Assembly: GCA_014239265.1 (NCBI GenBank)
Contig: JAAZZH010000001.1
Location: 107,419-171,418, forward strand
Source of the DNA: Actinomycetota bacterium
Lineage (GTDB): Bacteria > Actinomycetota > Acidimicrobiia > Actinomarinales > Actinomarinaceae
Direction of reading: 5' to 3'
Length of the DNA stretch: 64,000 nucleotides
Numbering within the stretch: position 1 is the first letter of the stretch; each line of letters begins with the position of its first letter. The notes beneath the pieces are model-generated. The model saw nothing but the letters and a program-made list of their open reading frames with translations. It was not told where the DNA came from and made no database searches. Below, piece by piece: positions 28,676-39,278 of this stretch. The position numbers and the translations under genes are program-made.

Positions 28676-28751
28676 AATTTCTGCATAAATATTCATCTTT
28701 ATGTATATTTATGCAATAATTACAACTTAACATAAACGGAGGTTTAGAAAA

Positions 28752-29636
28752 TTGAGAAATAAGAAAACACTTATTTTAATATTTGCTCTTGCATTAGTAG
28801 CTACCGCTTGTTCTGGTACAGCTACTCCATGTGATGAAGTAGATATTACTACTGGTGACAACGGGTTACCAGATCTTGGTGGATGTGAATTTACATTCGC
28901 TGTCGAGAACGCATACTTACCATTTAATTACATTGACGCTGAAACAGGCGAAGCTATGGGTTGGGATTATGACGTTTTCAATCACATGGGAGAGTTAATG
29001 AACTTTACACCTGTATATGTTCCTACAGCATGGGATGGAATGATTCAAGCAACAGCTGATGGTCAATTCATGATTGCTGGTGATGGAATAACAATTACAG
29101 CTGAAAGAGATGAAATTGTTGACTTTTCTAATGGTTACATAAACTTAGCTCAAAAAGTACTTGTTGCTGCTGATAATGCAATGGTTATGAGTATAGATGA
29201 TCTTAAATCAGGAGACTACACAGTTGCTGTACAAAAAGGTACAACTAACTATGAGTTTGCTGTTGCACAATTAGGTGAAGATAAAGTGAAAGCTTTTGAT
29301 ACATTCGATTTTGCAATCGCTGCTGTTATTTCAGGTGATGCAGATGCTTCAATTATTGATGAAACTGCTGGCCTTGGATACATGGGTGCAAACAAAGATA
29401 AGGTAAAACTAGTTGGTGGAGATTTAACTTCAGAACAACTTGGATTTGCATTTCCTAATGGAAGCCCTCTTGTAGATGTAGTTAATCAAGGATTAGCTGC
29501 TATGACAGATAGTGGAAAACTAGGAGAGATTAATGCTAAATTCTTCTCACCTGACTTTGTTGTTACTTATGATGATATCGCAGAATGTGATGAAAACATT
29601 CCTGCAGAGTATCTACCTGAGGACTGTGAAGTATAA
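28752..29636 (+). CDS. Amino-acid ABC transporter substrate-binding lipoprotein (family 3 SBP)
   Basis: A TTG start, the signal peptide LILIFALALVATAC with lipobox Cys, and an SBP_bac_3-like body are present. Confidence 0.7.
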   Translation: MRNKKTLILIFALALVATACSGTATPCDEVDITTGDNGLPDLGGCEFTFAVENAYLPFNYIDAETGEAMGWDYDVFNHMGELMNFTPVYVPTAWDGMIQATADGQFMIAGDGITITAERDEIVDFSNGYINLAQKVLVAADNAMVMSIDDLKSGDYTVAVQKGTTNYEFAVAQLGEDKVKAFDTFDFAIAAVISGDADASIIDETAGLGYMGANKDKVKLVGGDLTSEQLGFAFPNGSPLVDVVNQGLAAMTDSGKLGEINAKFFSPDFVVTYDDIAECDENIPAEYLPEDCEV

Positions 29637-29666
29637 CTTTTAAATTTATAAAAATTTAAATTTGTA

Positions 29667-29695
29667 ATAGGCACGGAATTCCGTGCCTATTGCTT
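29667..29695 (+). terminator. Rho-independent terminator/attenuator (perfect 10-bp GC-rich stem ATAGGCACGG-AATT-CCGTGCCTAT followed by a T-rich tract)
   Basis: The palindrome is visible between the SBP and permease genes. Confidence 0.6.
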
Positions 29696-29709
29696 TAATA
29701 TGGTAAACA

Positions 29710-30465
29710 ATGAAACTTAAAAACATCTTAAAGCCCGAAAACTGGTGGATGATAATTTTAACCGTAATCATCACTTGGATGTTTTACATTATTATTGTTG
29801 ACCCTGAATATAACAAAGCTTTCTTTTTTATTCTTCCTGGTTTAAAACTTACTTTTCTTTCTACGATTGCATCGTTCGTAATTGCACTTTTCCTTGGTCT
29901 TATATCTGGAATTGGTAGAATTTCTAATAATAAAATTGCTAGTACTTTATCTAGAACTTACATTGAGTTTATTCGTGGTGTTCCAGTCTTAATACTTATA
30001 TTTACTATTGCTTTTGTCCTTGTAGCTAATGCAGCAGAATTTCTAAATATTAATAATGGAAATGTACCTATGTTAATGCGTGCAATAATCGCCCTTTCAG
30101 TTTTCTATGGTGCATATATAGCAGAAGTTTTTCGTGCAGGTATTGAATCTGTTTCTCAAGGTCAGAGAGAGGGTGGAGCATCACTCGGATTAAATGATAG
30201 ACAAGTTATGAGATTCATAGTTCTTCCACAAGCTTTTAGAAATATGCTTCCGGCTCTGGGTAATGACTTTATCTCCATGATGAAAGATTCATCTTTACTC
30301 TCTGTTTTAGCAGTAGAAGATTTAACATATAGAGGTCGTCTTTATTCCGGTAGTACTTTTAGGTTTGCTGAGACATATCTTGTCTTAACAGTCTTATATT
30401 TGTGTATTACTTTAATACTTTCAGCGATTCAAAGACAAATAGAGAAAAGACTTGAAACTAAATAA
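29710..30465 (+). CDS. Amino-acid ABC transporter permease (His/Gln/Glu/Arg/opine family)
   Basis: The EAA-like loop is GASLGLNDRQVMRFIVLPQAFRNMLPALGN. There are multiple TM segments. Confidence 0.8.
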   Translation: MKLKNILKPENWWMIILTVIITWMFYIIIVDPEYNKAFFFILPGLKLTFLSTIASFVIALFLGLISGIGRISNNKIASTLSRTYIEFIRGVPVLILIFTIAFVLVANAAEFLNINNGNVPMLMRAIIALSVFYGAYIAEVFRAGIESVSQGQREGGASLGLNDRQVMRFIVLPQAFRNMLPALGNDFISMMKDSSLLSVLAVEDLTYRGRLYSGSTFRFAETYLVLTVLYLCITLILSAIQRQIEKRLETK

Positions 30466-31312
30466 TACATCTATTCAGACCGTTCTTCTTAAGGAATATT
30501 TAGATGTTATCAAAAATCTTAAAAATTACTCAGATCACACTGTAGTTGCTTATAAAACCGATATTTCTCAGTATTTCAAATACATCAATAATAATAATTC
30601 TATTAATCCAGAAAAATTCCTACAAAGCTTAGCAAAAATGGATTATTCTAAAACAACATTAAACCGAAAAATCGCCTCCATTACAGCTTTTCTCAACTGG
30701 TGTAGTAAAACTAAGGGAGTTGATATTCCTGATATATCTAATATTAAAGCACTAAAAACTGAAAAAAAGCTTCCTAATGTCATGACTAGTGGCTACATAA
30801 ATACTTTACTCAATGGGATACCAACTACAACATCAAAAGAAATAAGAGATAGGTCTATTATTGAAATTCTTTACTCCTCCGGATTACGAGTTTCAGAGCT
30901 TACTAATCTAAAAATTAATGATGTTAAGAGTGATCAATCTATAAGAGTTTTAGGAAAAGGAAATAAAACAAGAATATTGCCAATGACTAAACAAGCCTAT
31001 AAATACTATCAATTGTGGTTAGATAGTAGAGCTAATATAATCACCAAGGATTCCGCTGAATTTGTGTTTCTCGGAGTTCAGGGTCGAAAGATTAGTGATA
31101 GGGAAGTAAGAAGAATTGTCAAACTGCGGCTAGGTACTTTTCCTCATAGCATCAGACATACATTTGCTACACATCTTCTAGATGGTGGAGCTGATTTAAG
31201 GGTTGTTCAGGAACTATTGGGTCATACTGATCCCAGCACAACACAGATTTATACTCATGTTTCAAAAAAACAACTAAAAGAAAAATACAAAAGAACTCAT
31301 CCAAGAGGTTGA
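30452..31312 (+). CDS. xerC: Tyrosine recombinase XerC/XerD
   Basis: The C-terminal catalytic region is RHTFATHLLDGGADLRVVQELLGHTDPSTTQIYTHV. It lies upstream of rpsB as in Mycobacterium. Confidence 0.85.
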   Translation: MKLNNTSIQTVLLKEYLDVIKNLKNYSDHTVVAYKTDISQYFKYINNNNSINPEKFLQSLAKMDYSKTTLNRKIASITAFLNWCSKTKGVDIPDISNIKALKTEKKLPNVMTSGYINTLLNGIPTTTSKEIRDRSIIEILYSSGLRVSELTNLKINDVKSDQSIRVLGKGNKTRILPMTKQAYKYYQLWLDSRANIITKDSAEFVFLGVQGRKISDREVRRIVKLRLGTFPHSIRHTFATHLLDGGADLRVVQELLGHTDPSTTQIYTHVSKKQLKEKYKRTHPRG

Positions 31313-31438
31313 TTAAAACCTATTCATGAGTATTATTTAAAAAGAAATAGACACCATGTTCTTAAAGCTTCCTTGGTGAACGTAAGTTTGGAAGCCGCGT
31401 AAGTAATAAACATGGGATGAAATAACCAAAGGAGAATA

Positions 31439-32149
31439 ATGAGTACAAACATGAAGGAACTCTTAGAAGCAGGAGTTCATTTTGGTCATCAGACCCAACG
31501 ATGGAACCCAAAAATGGATAATTACATCTATGGGGACAAAAGCGGTATCCACATCTTAGATTTAAGAATAACTTATGACGCTATCGCAGAAGCTGAAGAT
31601 TTTGTCCAAAAGATTGTAGCAAATGGAGGAAAAGTATTGTTTGTAGGTACTAAACCACAAGCTCAGAATGTTATCCAAGTACAAGCCGAGTCTGCTGGAA
31701 TGCCTTTTGTAAACCATAGATGGTTGGGTGGTATGTTGACAAACTTTAAAACTATTATTAAAAGAGTCATTTATCTTAAAGAATTAATTTCGTTAGAAGA
31801 TTCTGGAGAGATAAATGCATACCCAAAACCAGAAAGGCTAAGAATTAGACGAGAAGTTACAAAATTAACTCGTTCTATTGGTGGAATTGTAAATTTAAGT
31901 AAAATTCCTGATGCAATATTTATTGTGGACTTAATGAATGAATCTACTGCACTCACAGAAGCTAACAAGTTAGGTATACCTGTTATAGGTTTAGCTGACT
32001 CAAATGTTGACCCTACCGGAGTTGATATTGTAATACCTGGTAATGATGATGCTATAAGATCAATTGAAGTAGTTACATCTGCAATAGCTGAAGCCTGCGC
32101 AAAAGGTGCTGGACTAGAAGCGATTAAAGCAGAAAAGGAAGGCGAATAA
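31439..32149 (+). CDS. rpsB: 30S ribosomal protein S2
   Basis: The N-terminus is MKELLEAGVHFGHQTQRWNPKM. Confidence 0.9.
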   Translation: MSTNMKELLEAGVHFGHQTQRWNPKMDNYIYGDKSGIHILDLRITYDAIAEAEDFVQKIVANGGKVLFVGTKPQAQNVIQVQAESAGMPFVNHRWLGGMLTNFKTIIKRVIYLKELISLEDSGEINAYPKPERLRIRREVTKLTRSIGGIVNLSKIPDAIFIVDLMNESTALTEANKLGIPVIGLADSNVDPTGVDIVIPGNDDAIRSIEVVTSAIAEACAKGAGLEAIKAEKEGE

Positions 32150-32757
32150 TGAGTATTTCAGCTACTGATGTAAAAAAACTCAGGGATATGACTGGTGCTG
32201 GAATGATGGATGCAAAAAAAGCATTAACGGAAACTAATTCAGATTTTGAAGCAGCCGTGAAATACTTGAGAGAGAAAGGTTTAGCTGACTCTAAAAAACG
32301 CGAAGACAAAGAAGCTAACCAGGGAACTATTGGTGACTATATACATTACCAACAAGATAGAGCTGTGTCTGGTGTTCTAGTTGAACTAGCTTGTGAAACT
32401 GATTTTGTTGCTAAGTCTGAAGAATTTAAAGAATCTGCAAAACAAATTGCAATGCATATTGCTGCGATGAAACCCAATTATCTAAATATAGAAGATATTC
32501 CAGAAACTAAATTAGCTGAAGAAAAAGATATTATTGTTAAACAATCAGAAAATGAGGGTAAACCAACTGAAGTAATTGAAAAGATTGTTGAAGGTCGTAT
32601 CATTTCGTTCTATAAAGATACAGTCTTGAATGAGCAAATATTTTGTAATCCTGAGATATATGACGGAAAAGTTAGCACTATGATAGAAGAGATGTCTGGA
32701 AAACTTGGAGAAAAAATCTTTATAAAGCAATTTTCTAGGGTAGAAGTAGGTTCCTAA
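32149..32757 (+). CDS. tsf: Elongation factor Ts (short form)
   Basis: LRDMTGAGMMDAKKAL is present. Confidence 0.9.
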   Translation: MSISATDVKKLRDMTGAGMMDAKKALTETNSDFEAAVKYLREKGLADSKKREDKEANQGTIGDYIHYQQDRAVSGVLVELACETDFVAKSEEFKESAKQIAMHIAAMKPNYLNIEDIPETKLAEEKDIIVKQSENEGKPTEVIEKIVEGRIISFYKDTVLNEQIFCNPEIYDGKVSTMIEEMSGKLGEKIFIKQFSRVEVGS

Positions 32758-33462
32758 ATGTCAAAGAGAGTCCTTTTAAAACTCTCTGGTGAGTCATTCG
32801 CTGATTCTGAAACAAACTTTGGTATTTCACCAAACATATTAACCAATATCGCTAATCAGATTTCTAAAGCTAACGAAGAGGGCATACAGATTGCAGTCGT
32901 CGTTGGTGGTGGAAATTTTTTTAGAGGTGTTCAGGAATCTGCAAAAGGTATGGCTCAAGCTAACGCAGACTATATGGGTATGTTAGCTACTGTTATTAAC
33001 GCTGTAGCTTTAAAAGATGCTCTAGATAAAAATGGAACACAAACACGAGTTCAATCTGCAATAACAATGACAGCCGTTGCTGAACCTTATATCCGGTTAA
33101 AAGCAATTAGGCACCTTGAAAAAGGAAGAATTGTTATATTTGCAGCTGGTACAGGAAATCCTTACTTCACTACAGATACTGCAGCATCACTTCGTGCCGC
33201 AGAAATAGATGCAGACATTGTTCTGAAGTCAACGAGGGTTGAAGGGGTTTATTCATCTGACCCAGAAATAAATGAAAATGCAGAACTTTACAGTCAAATT
33301 TCTTATAAAGATGTAATCAGTAAAAAACTAGGAGTTATGGATTTAACAGCAATTACCTTGTGCGAAGAAAATAAAATGCCAATCCGCGTTTTTGATGGAA
33401 CTCAAAACAATAATATTTACAATGTTTTGACTGGCAATGAATTAGGGACATTAATTAATTAG
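32758..33462 (+). CDS. pyrH: UMP kinase
   Basis: [10 protein letters not shown] and [10 protein letters not shown] are present. Confidence 0.9.
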   Translation: MSKRVLLKLSGESFADSETNFGISPNILTNIANQISKANEEGIQIAVVVGGGNFFRGVQESAKGMAQANADYMGMLATVINAVALKDALDKNGTQTRVQSAITMTAVAEPYIRLKAIRHLEKGRIVIFAAGTGNPYFTTDTAASLRAAEIDADIVLKSTRVEGVYSSDPEINENAELYSQISYKDVISKKLGVMDLTAITLCEENKMPIRVFDGTQNNNIYNVLTGNELGTLIN

Positions 33463-33464
33463 TT

Positions 33465-34016
33465 ATGACACAAGCAATAATCACTGATGTTGAAAGTAAC
33501 ATGAAAAATTCTGTAAATCATCTTATTGAAGAATTTACAAAAATTAGAACAGGACGAGCTAATCCAGCTTTAGTTACAAATATTCAAGTTGATTACTATG
33601 GCACCAAAACACCATTGCAACAGCTTGCTTCAATAAGTGTTCCCGATCCTAAGTTATTACTTATACAACCTTTTGATAAAGGGTCCTTTGATGAAATTGA
33701 AAAAGCTATACAAAACTCTGATATTGGCTTAAATCCTGCAACTGATGGGGACGTTATCCGTATTCCAATACCTTCACTTTCAGAAGAGAGGCGTAAAGAA
33801 TTGACTAAAGTCGCTTCAAAATTTACAGAAGACTCAAAGATTTCTATACGTTCTCATAGAAGAACAGGGATTGATGAACTTAATAAAGTAAAAGATGATA
33901 TGTCCGCAGATGATGTAAAAAGATTTGAGACTCAAATTCAAGAGCTAACTGATAAGTATGTCAAAAAAGTTGATGAACTACTTTCAGTTAAACAAAATGA
34001 ACTTCTCGAAGTATAG
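33465..34016 (+). CDS. frr: Ribosome recycling factor
   Basis: It has the typical 183-aa RRF sequence (FTKIRTGRANPALV). Confidence 0.9.
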   Translation: MTQAIITDVESNMKNSVNHLIEEFTKIRTGRANPALVTNIQVDYYGTKTPLQQLASISVPDPKLLLIQPFDKGSFDEIEKAIQNSDIGLNPATDGDVIRIPIPSLSEERRKELTKVASKFTEDSKISIRSHRRTGIDELNKVKDDMSADDVKRFETQIQELTDKYVKKVDELLSVKQNELLEV

Positions 34017-34905
34017 AACAAATTTTTCATCTGAGGATGACGGTACTTTTTGGCCAGGTGTTGTTGAACTTCCTATTGAAGATAATAATAACCAACAAGA
34101 TGAATCAAATTCATCATTAAGTTCTAACCCAAGATTATTTACAGCAGTTGCCTTATTAATCGTACTCACTATATTTTTTACAAATAAAAATGCAGCATTT
34201 TTGCTTTTAATATTTGCAGTTTTCATTGCAGCAAAAGAATGGTTTGATATGTTTGATTACGGTATTATTATTCCTTATCCATTTTTACTCTATTCCTCAA
34301 TAGCACCAATGTTGATAGTATATTTTTTTAATATATCTCTTATTTATGTATCTTTTTTTATATTCCCTATTGGTTTAATTGTTTATACAGGTTCATTTAT
34401 ATCATATGGAATTTATGAAAAGTTTGGAAGTGTATTTATTTATCACATATGGTTTAGTCTGGGTATCACTTCCATAGTTTACGTACTCAAAAGCAGTACG
34501 CTTTTATTCACTTATTTCGCAATTATTTCTATATCTTTATCCGACACTTTAGCCTATGAAGTTGGTCGCAGGTTTGGTAAAAAGAAACTGATTGAACATA
34601 TTTCTCCAAATAAAACTGTAGAAGGCCTAATAGCAGGACTTGTTTCAGGAACTTTAGCTATGTTTCTAAATCTGATTTTCAATACAGAAACAACTTCTTT
34701 ACGTGCTTTAGTCATAAGTTTGATTTTTATTGGTTTTGGAGTATTGGGTGATTTATTTGTTTCTAAAATTAAAAGGACATTGAGCGTTAAAGATTCAAGT
34801 TCTTTATTACCTGGTCATGGGGGATTATTAGATCGAGTTGATTCATATTTATTATCTTTTCCTGTCTTACTATTGTTTTCTCAGTTTTCTTATTTAATTC
34901 CGTAA
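33958..34905 (+). CDS. cdsA: Phosphatidate cytidylyltransferase (start uncertain; overlaps the frr 3' end)
   Basis: The C-terminal motif is GHGGLLDRVDSYL. It is polytopic. Confidence 0.75.
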   Translation: MSKKLMNYFQLNKMNFSKYRTNFSSEDDGTFWPGVVELPIEDNNNQQDESNSSLSSNPRLFTAVALLIVLTIFFTNKNAAFLLLIFAVFIAAKEWFDMFDYGIIIPYPFLLYSSIAPMLIVYFFNISLIYVSFFIFPIGLIVYTGSFISYGIYEKFGSVFIYHIWFSLGITSIVYVLKSSTLLFTYFAIISISLSDTLAYEVGRRFGKKKLIEHISPNKTVEGLIAGLVSGTLAMFLNLIFNTETTSLRALVISLIFIGFGVLGDLFVSKIKRTLSVKDSSSLLPGHGGLLDRVDSYLLSFPVLLLFSQFSYLIP

Positions 34906-34921
34906 GTGGGATAATAAGTAT

Positions 34922-36022
34922 ATGAATGGAATTCTTACTATATTATTTCTAACATTTTTTGTTGTATTACATGAATTTGGACATTACATAGCAGCACGTA
35001 GATCACAAATAGCAGTATCTGAATTTTTTGTTGGTTTTGGTCCAAAGGTATTTTCATTCAAAAAGGGAAATACTGAATATGGACTTAAAGCGATTCCCCT
35101 TGGTGGATACGTAAAAATTCCTGGAATGGACGAATCAGAGGATACAACGGGTTATGCTTCTTCTGAATTGTTTCATAATGCTAAATGGACAACCAAATTT
35201 TATATTGCTATTTCTGGAATTGTTGTCAATTTTATTACAGCATGGCTAATTTTATTCACAATTCTTTCAACAAACGGTGTAAATGTACCAACCTTAGAAA
35301 TAGCCAATACTGGAGACTCTGTTCAAGGAAATGTCAATTCCCCATCTGTTGCAGCAGGACTTATACCAGGAGACACAATTGTGATGTTTTCCAATACAAA
35401 TGTACAAACCTGGGATGAACTCGTCGCACTGATAGAAGAAAATCCTGGTAAAGAAGTTTCAATTAGTTTTCTAAGAAATGGAAATATGATCGAATCTGAT
35501 ACAACCTTAGAATCTCGAACTATAAACACTCAACAGGTTGGTTATCTTGGTGTTACTCCAACTATAGAAAATGAAAAAATTGGTCTTATAACTGCTTTCA
35601 AAAGTACAACTATTCTCGAACTTCAAATGACAATTGCTGCAGTTGATGGAATTATTACTTTATTTAGTCCTGAAAATATTAAAACCTTACTTGGCACCTA
35701 TAGTGGTCAAACTATTCCTGATGAAGTCAGGCCTTTAAGTCCAATAGGACTCGCACAAGCAGGTAACCAAATTGCTGAAGATAGTTATGTAAATCTTTTT
35801 AGTCTTCTAGCTTTTGTAAATATATTTCTTGCAGTGTTTAATGCACTTCCCTTTATCCCTCTAGATGGAGGAAGGGTAGTATTGGCTATTGTTGAAGGTG
35901 TCACTGGAAAAAAGGTATCAGATAAGAAACTGTATCCTATAGCTGCATTAGTTGTAGGAGTATTTATTTTTCTTGGTATTACGGCATTTTATTTAGATAT
36001 AACTCAGCCAATTAGATTATGA
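34922..36022 (+). CDS. rseP: RIP metalloprotease RseP (M50 site-2 protease) with a PDZ domain
   Basis: HEFGHYIAAR (HExxH) is present, with a PDZ domain in the middle. It occupies the conserved position before ispG. Confidence 0.8.
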   Translation: MNGILTILFLTFFVVLHEFGHYIAARRSQIAVSEFFVGFGPKVFSFKKGNTEYGLKAIPLGGYVKIPGMDESEDTTGYASSELFHNAKWTTKFYIAISGIVVNFITAWLILFTILSTNGVNVPTLEIANTGDSVQGNVNSPSVAAGLIPGDTIVMFSNTNVQTWDELVALIEENPGKEVSISFLRNGNMIESDTTLESRTINTQQVGYLGVTPTIENEKIGLITAFKSTTILELQMTIAAVDGIITLFSPENIKTLLGTYSGQTIPDEVRPLSPIGLAQAGNQIAEDSYVNLFSLLAFVNIFLAVFNALPFIPLDGGRVVLAIVEGVTGKKVSDKKLYPIAALVVGVFIFLGITAFYLDITQPIRL

Positions 36023-37242
36023 CATATTCACGTAGAAAAACCAGACAATTAGTTCTAGGCAATGTAGGTATTGGTTCTAACTCAGAAGTATCCGTTCAGT
36101 CTATGACAACAACTAAGACTAGAAACACAGATAAAACTCTTGAACAAATATATGCACTTGCAGCAAATGGTGCAGATATAGTAAGGGTCACGTGTAATGA
36201 AATTGAAGCAGCTGAGTCACTGGTTAAGATCTGCACTCGTAGCCCAGTGCCAATAGTCGCTGATATACATTTTCAGTACAAATTGGCTTTAGCCGCAATC
36301 GAGGCTGGGGTGCAGGGACTAAGGCTCAACCCAGGTAATATTCGTAACGAAGATCAGATAAAACAAATTGCTAAAGAATGTTTAAGTGCAGATATACCAA
36401 TAAGAATTGGTGTGAATGCAGGATCTTTAGATAAAGATTTATTAGAAAAGTTTGGCGATGCTACTCCGGAGGCATTAGTTGAGTCAGCTTTAAATGAAGT
36501 AAAATATTTAGAAGAAGTAAACTTTTTTAACATTAAAATATCAGTAAAACATTCAAATGTTCCACTTATGATTGATTCGTATAGACTTTTAGCAGAAAAA
36601 GTTGATTATCCCCTTCACCTAGGTGTAACAGAAGCAGGACCACTGCCTGGGGGTTTGATAAAATCTACAGCTGGAATCGCCACACTTCTATCCGAAGGTA
36701 TTGGTGATACTATTAGGATGTCTTTAACTACTGATCCAATTGAAGAAGCTAAACATGGCCGTCAACTATTAGAGTATCTTGGATTACGAGAACGTAAATC
36801 ACTTGATCTCATTGCTTGTCCAAGTTGCGGGAGAGCCGAAGTAGACGTTATTAAAGTCGCATCAGAAGCACAAGCAGCTTTAGAAAATGAAGGTTTGTCT
36901 ATACAAGTAGCAGTTATGGGTTGTGTCGTAAATGGACCTGGCGAAGCTAGGTCTGCGGATATAGGTATAGCTGCTGGTAAAAAAAGAGGTCATTTATTTA
37001 TTAAAGGTGAGGTTGTAAAAGTGGTTGATGAAAAAGATATGGTATCAGCTCTTCTCGAAGAAGGCAGATTGCTCGCAGAAGAGGGCATAGAAGCTCGGTT
37101 GGCCGCTGCAGATAAAGACGCAGCATTATTAGCTCAACAAGATGCTGAAGAACTAATGGGAATACAAGGTGATATCAATAACTTCGAGGAAAGAACTAAA
37201 TCTGTCATTGAGATTACTTCAAATCAAGATAAACCTAAATAA
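36019..37242 (+). CDS. ispG: 4-hydroxy-3-methylbut-2-enyl diphosphate synthase
   Basis: CPSCGR and the GcpE motifs are present. Confidence 0.9.
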   Translation: MTYSRRKTRQLVLGNVGIGSNSEVSVQSMTTTKTRNTDKTLEQIYALAANGADIVRVTCNEIEAAESLVKICTRSPVPIVADIHFQYKLALAAIEAGVQGLRLNPGNIRNEDQIKQIAKECLSADIPIRIGVNAGSLDKDLLEKFGDATPEALVESALNEVKYLEEVNFFNIKISVKHSNVPLMIDSYRLLAEKVDYPLHLGVTEAGPLPGGLIKSTAGIATLLSEGIGDTIRMSLTTDPIEEAKHGRQLLEYLGLRERKSLDLIACPSCGRAEVDVIKVASEAQAALENEGLSIQVAVMGCVVNGPGEARSADIGIAAGKKRGHLFIKGEVVKVVDEKDMVSALLEEGRLLAEEGIEARLAAADKDAALLAQQDAEELMGIQGDINNFEERTKSVIEITSNQDKPK

Positions 37243-37260
37243 AACATTTAAGATATAAAC

Positions 37261-38688
37261 ATGGTAAAAAAGCTAACTCCAATGTCAGAAGATTTTAATC
37301 AATGGTACACAGATATAATTCAAGAAGCTCAGTTAGCTGATTATTCTCCTGTGAAAGGAACAATGGTTATAAGACCGTATGGATATGCACTCTGGGAAAA
37401 CATCCAATCTTATCTCGATAAAAGGTTCAAAGATACTGGGCATCAGAATGCTTATTTTCCATTATTTATACCGAAATCATTTATTGAGAAAGAAGCTGAA
37501 CATGTAGAAGGTTTCTCTCCAGAACTAGCAACAGTAACACATGCAGGTGGAAAAAAACTAGAAGAACCGTTAATCGTGAGACCAACCTCTGAAACTATAG
37601 TTAATCATATGTTTTCAAAGTGGATTAAAAGCCACAGAGACCTTCCGATGCTCATAAACCAGTGGGCAAATGTTGTTAGATGGGAGATGAGAACAAGGTT
37701 GTTTTTACGTACATCTGAATTTTTATGGCAAGAAGGTCACACTGCCCATCAGACTAAAGATGAAGCAACAAAAGAAGCTCTACAAATGCTAGACATATAT
37801 GAAGAATTCACAGAAAAAATTGCTGCTGTAAAAGTTATAAAAGGTACAAAATCAGAAATTGAAAAGTTTGCTGGCGCAAAAGTTACATATTCGATTGAGG
37901 CAATGATGCTGGATAAAAAAGCCTTACAAGCTGGTACCTCTCATGAATTGGGACAAAATTTTTCTAAAGCATTCGAAATACAATATTCTGACGAAAATAA
38001 TAATTTGGCACATCCTTTTCAAACAAGCTGGGGAGTTAGCACTCGATTAATTGGTATGATTATCATGGCCCATGGGGACGATCAAGGCCTTAAACTCCCA
38101 CCAGCTATTGCCCCTACTCAAGTTGTGATTATTCCGATTATTCCTAAAAATGCTGATTCTGAAAAGATACTTAAACTTGCTAATCAAATTAAAGAGAGGT
38201 TATCTGATCTTAGAGTACATCTTGACGATAGAGAGGAAGTGTCTCCTGGGTTCAAATTTAACGAATGGGAACTAAAAGGTGTACCTATAAGGTTAGAACT
38301 GGGGCCAAAAGATATTGAAAATAATTCTGTTGTAGTTGCTAGAAGAGACATTGAAAATTCAAAAACATCAATACCTATAAATACATTAGATACTGAAATT
38401 ACTAGTTTGTTAGATACCATACAAAATGAAATGTTGAAGGTCAGTGAACAATTTCTTACTGACAATACTTCACACGCTGAAAGCATGGACGAACTATTGA
38501 AACAACTTCAAGATAGTGATGGATTTGTATCATGTTACTGGTCTGAGAGTAAGGAAGATGAACTACATGTTAAAGAACAGACTAAAGCTACGATTCGCTG
38601 TTATCCGTTGGAACATACCGGTGAAATGTTTTCTGTAAATAAACCAGAAATTCAAGGCAAATTCGCTATCTTCTCTAAATCATATTAA
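37261..38688 (+). CDS. proS: Proline--tRNA ligase (archaeal/eukaryotic-like type, 475 aa with a C-terminal Zn domain)
   Basis: The N-terminus FNQWYTDIIQEAQLADYSPVKG and the overall length match the non-bacterial-type ProRS. Confidence 0.8.
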   Translation: MVKKLTPMSEDFNQWYTDIIQEAQLADYSPVKGTMVIRPYGYALWENIQSYLDKRFKDTGHQNAYFPLFIPKSFIEKEAEHVEGFSPELATVTHAGGKKLEEPLIVRPTSETIVNHMFSKWIKSHRDLPMLINQWANVVRWEMRTRLFLRTSEFLWQEGHTAHQTKDEATKEALQMLDIYEEFTEKIAAVKVIKGTKSEIEKFAGAKVTYSIEAMMLDKKALQAGTSHELGQNFSKAFEIQYSDENNNLAHPFQTSWGVSTRLIGMIIMAHGDDQGLKLPPAIAPTQVVIIPIIPKNADSEKILKLANQIKERLSDLRVHLDDREEVSPGFKFNEWELKGVPIRLELGPKDIENNSVVVARRDIENSKTSIPINTLDTEITSLLDTIQNEMLKVSEQFLTDNTSHAESMDELLKQLQDSDGFVSCYWSESKEDELHVKEQTKATIRCYPLEHTGEMFSVNKPEIQGKFAIFSKSY

Positions 38689-38748
38689 AAACTCCTTTCT
38701 CTTTATTTCACAATTTGTTAAAATAGAGTAGACAATTTAGCTGCATTT

Positions 38749-38774
38749 AGTGGGTGTCATAACCCACTTTTTTT
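38749..38774 (+). terminator. Rho-independent terminator (AGTGGGT / GTCATA loop / ACCCACT followed by T7)
   Basis: The stem and T-run are visible after proS. The T-run abuts the first ATG of the rimP ORF. Confidence 0.6.
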
Positions 38775-38789
38775 ATGAACGGAGGAAAG

Positions 38790-39266
38790 ATGGAGTACAC
38801 TGAATTCGACATCGAAAATTCCGTTATTGAATTTTTAAGTCAAGAAAATCTCGAATTATATGATATAAACATTGTTAATTACCCAACTATTGACAAAATT
38901 GAAATATATGTATTTTCTGAAGAATTAATTGATTACAACACAATTTCAAGACTGAATTATCAATTACAAAGACATCTAGAAGATTTTAATTTATTTAAAG
39001 GCGATTACGAATTAGTTGTATCTACACCAGGTATTGAACGTTCTTTAAAAACTGAAAGACACTATGAGCTAGCTATTGGTGAGGTTATTAAACTCAAACT
39101 TTTTACTCCAATAAATGATGTATACACATTCGAGGGCGAATTAACTAATTTCAAATCAAATACCGCAGAACTCCTTCAAAATAATGATTTAATAATAAAT
39201 ATAGATTTAAACAATGTTAAGAAAGCAAAAGTACAATATGACAAATTTAAACAGAAAGTTAAATAG
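38790..39266 (+). CDS. rimP: Ribosome maturation factor RimP
   Basis: It lies in the conserved position before nusA. The probable start is ATG 38790, preceded by GGAGG; the ORF-track start 38775 lies inside the terminator T-run. Confidence 0.75.
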   Translation: MEYTEFDIENSVIEFLSQENLELYDINIVNYPTIDKIEIYVFSEELIDYNTISRLNYQLQRHLEDFNLFKGDYELVVSTPGIERSLKTERHYELAIGEVIKLKLFTPINDVYTFEGELTNFKSNTAELLQNNDLIINIDLNNVKKAKVQYDKFKQKVK

Positions 39267-39278
39267 TAGAGGTAAATT

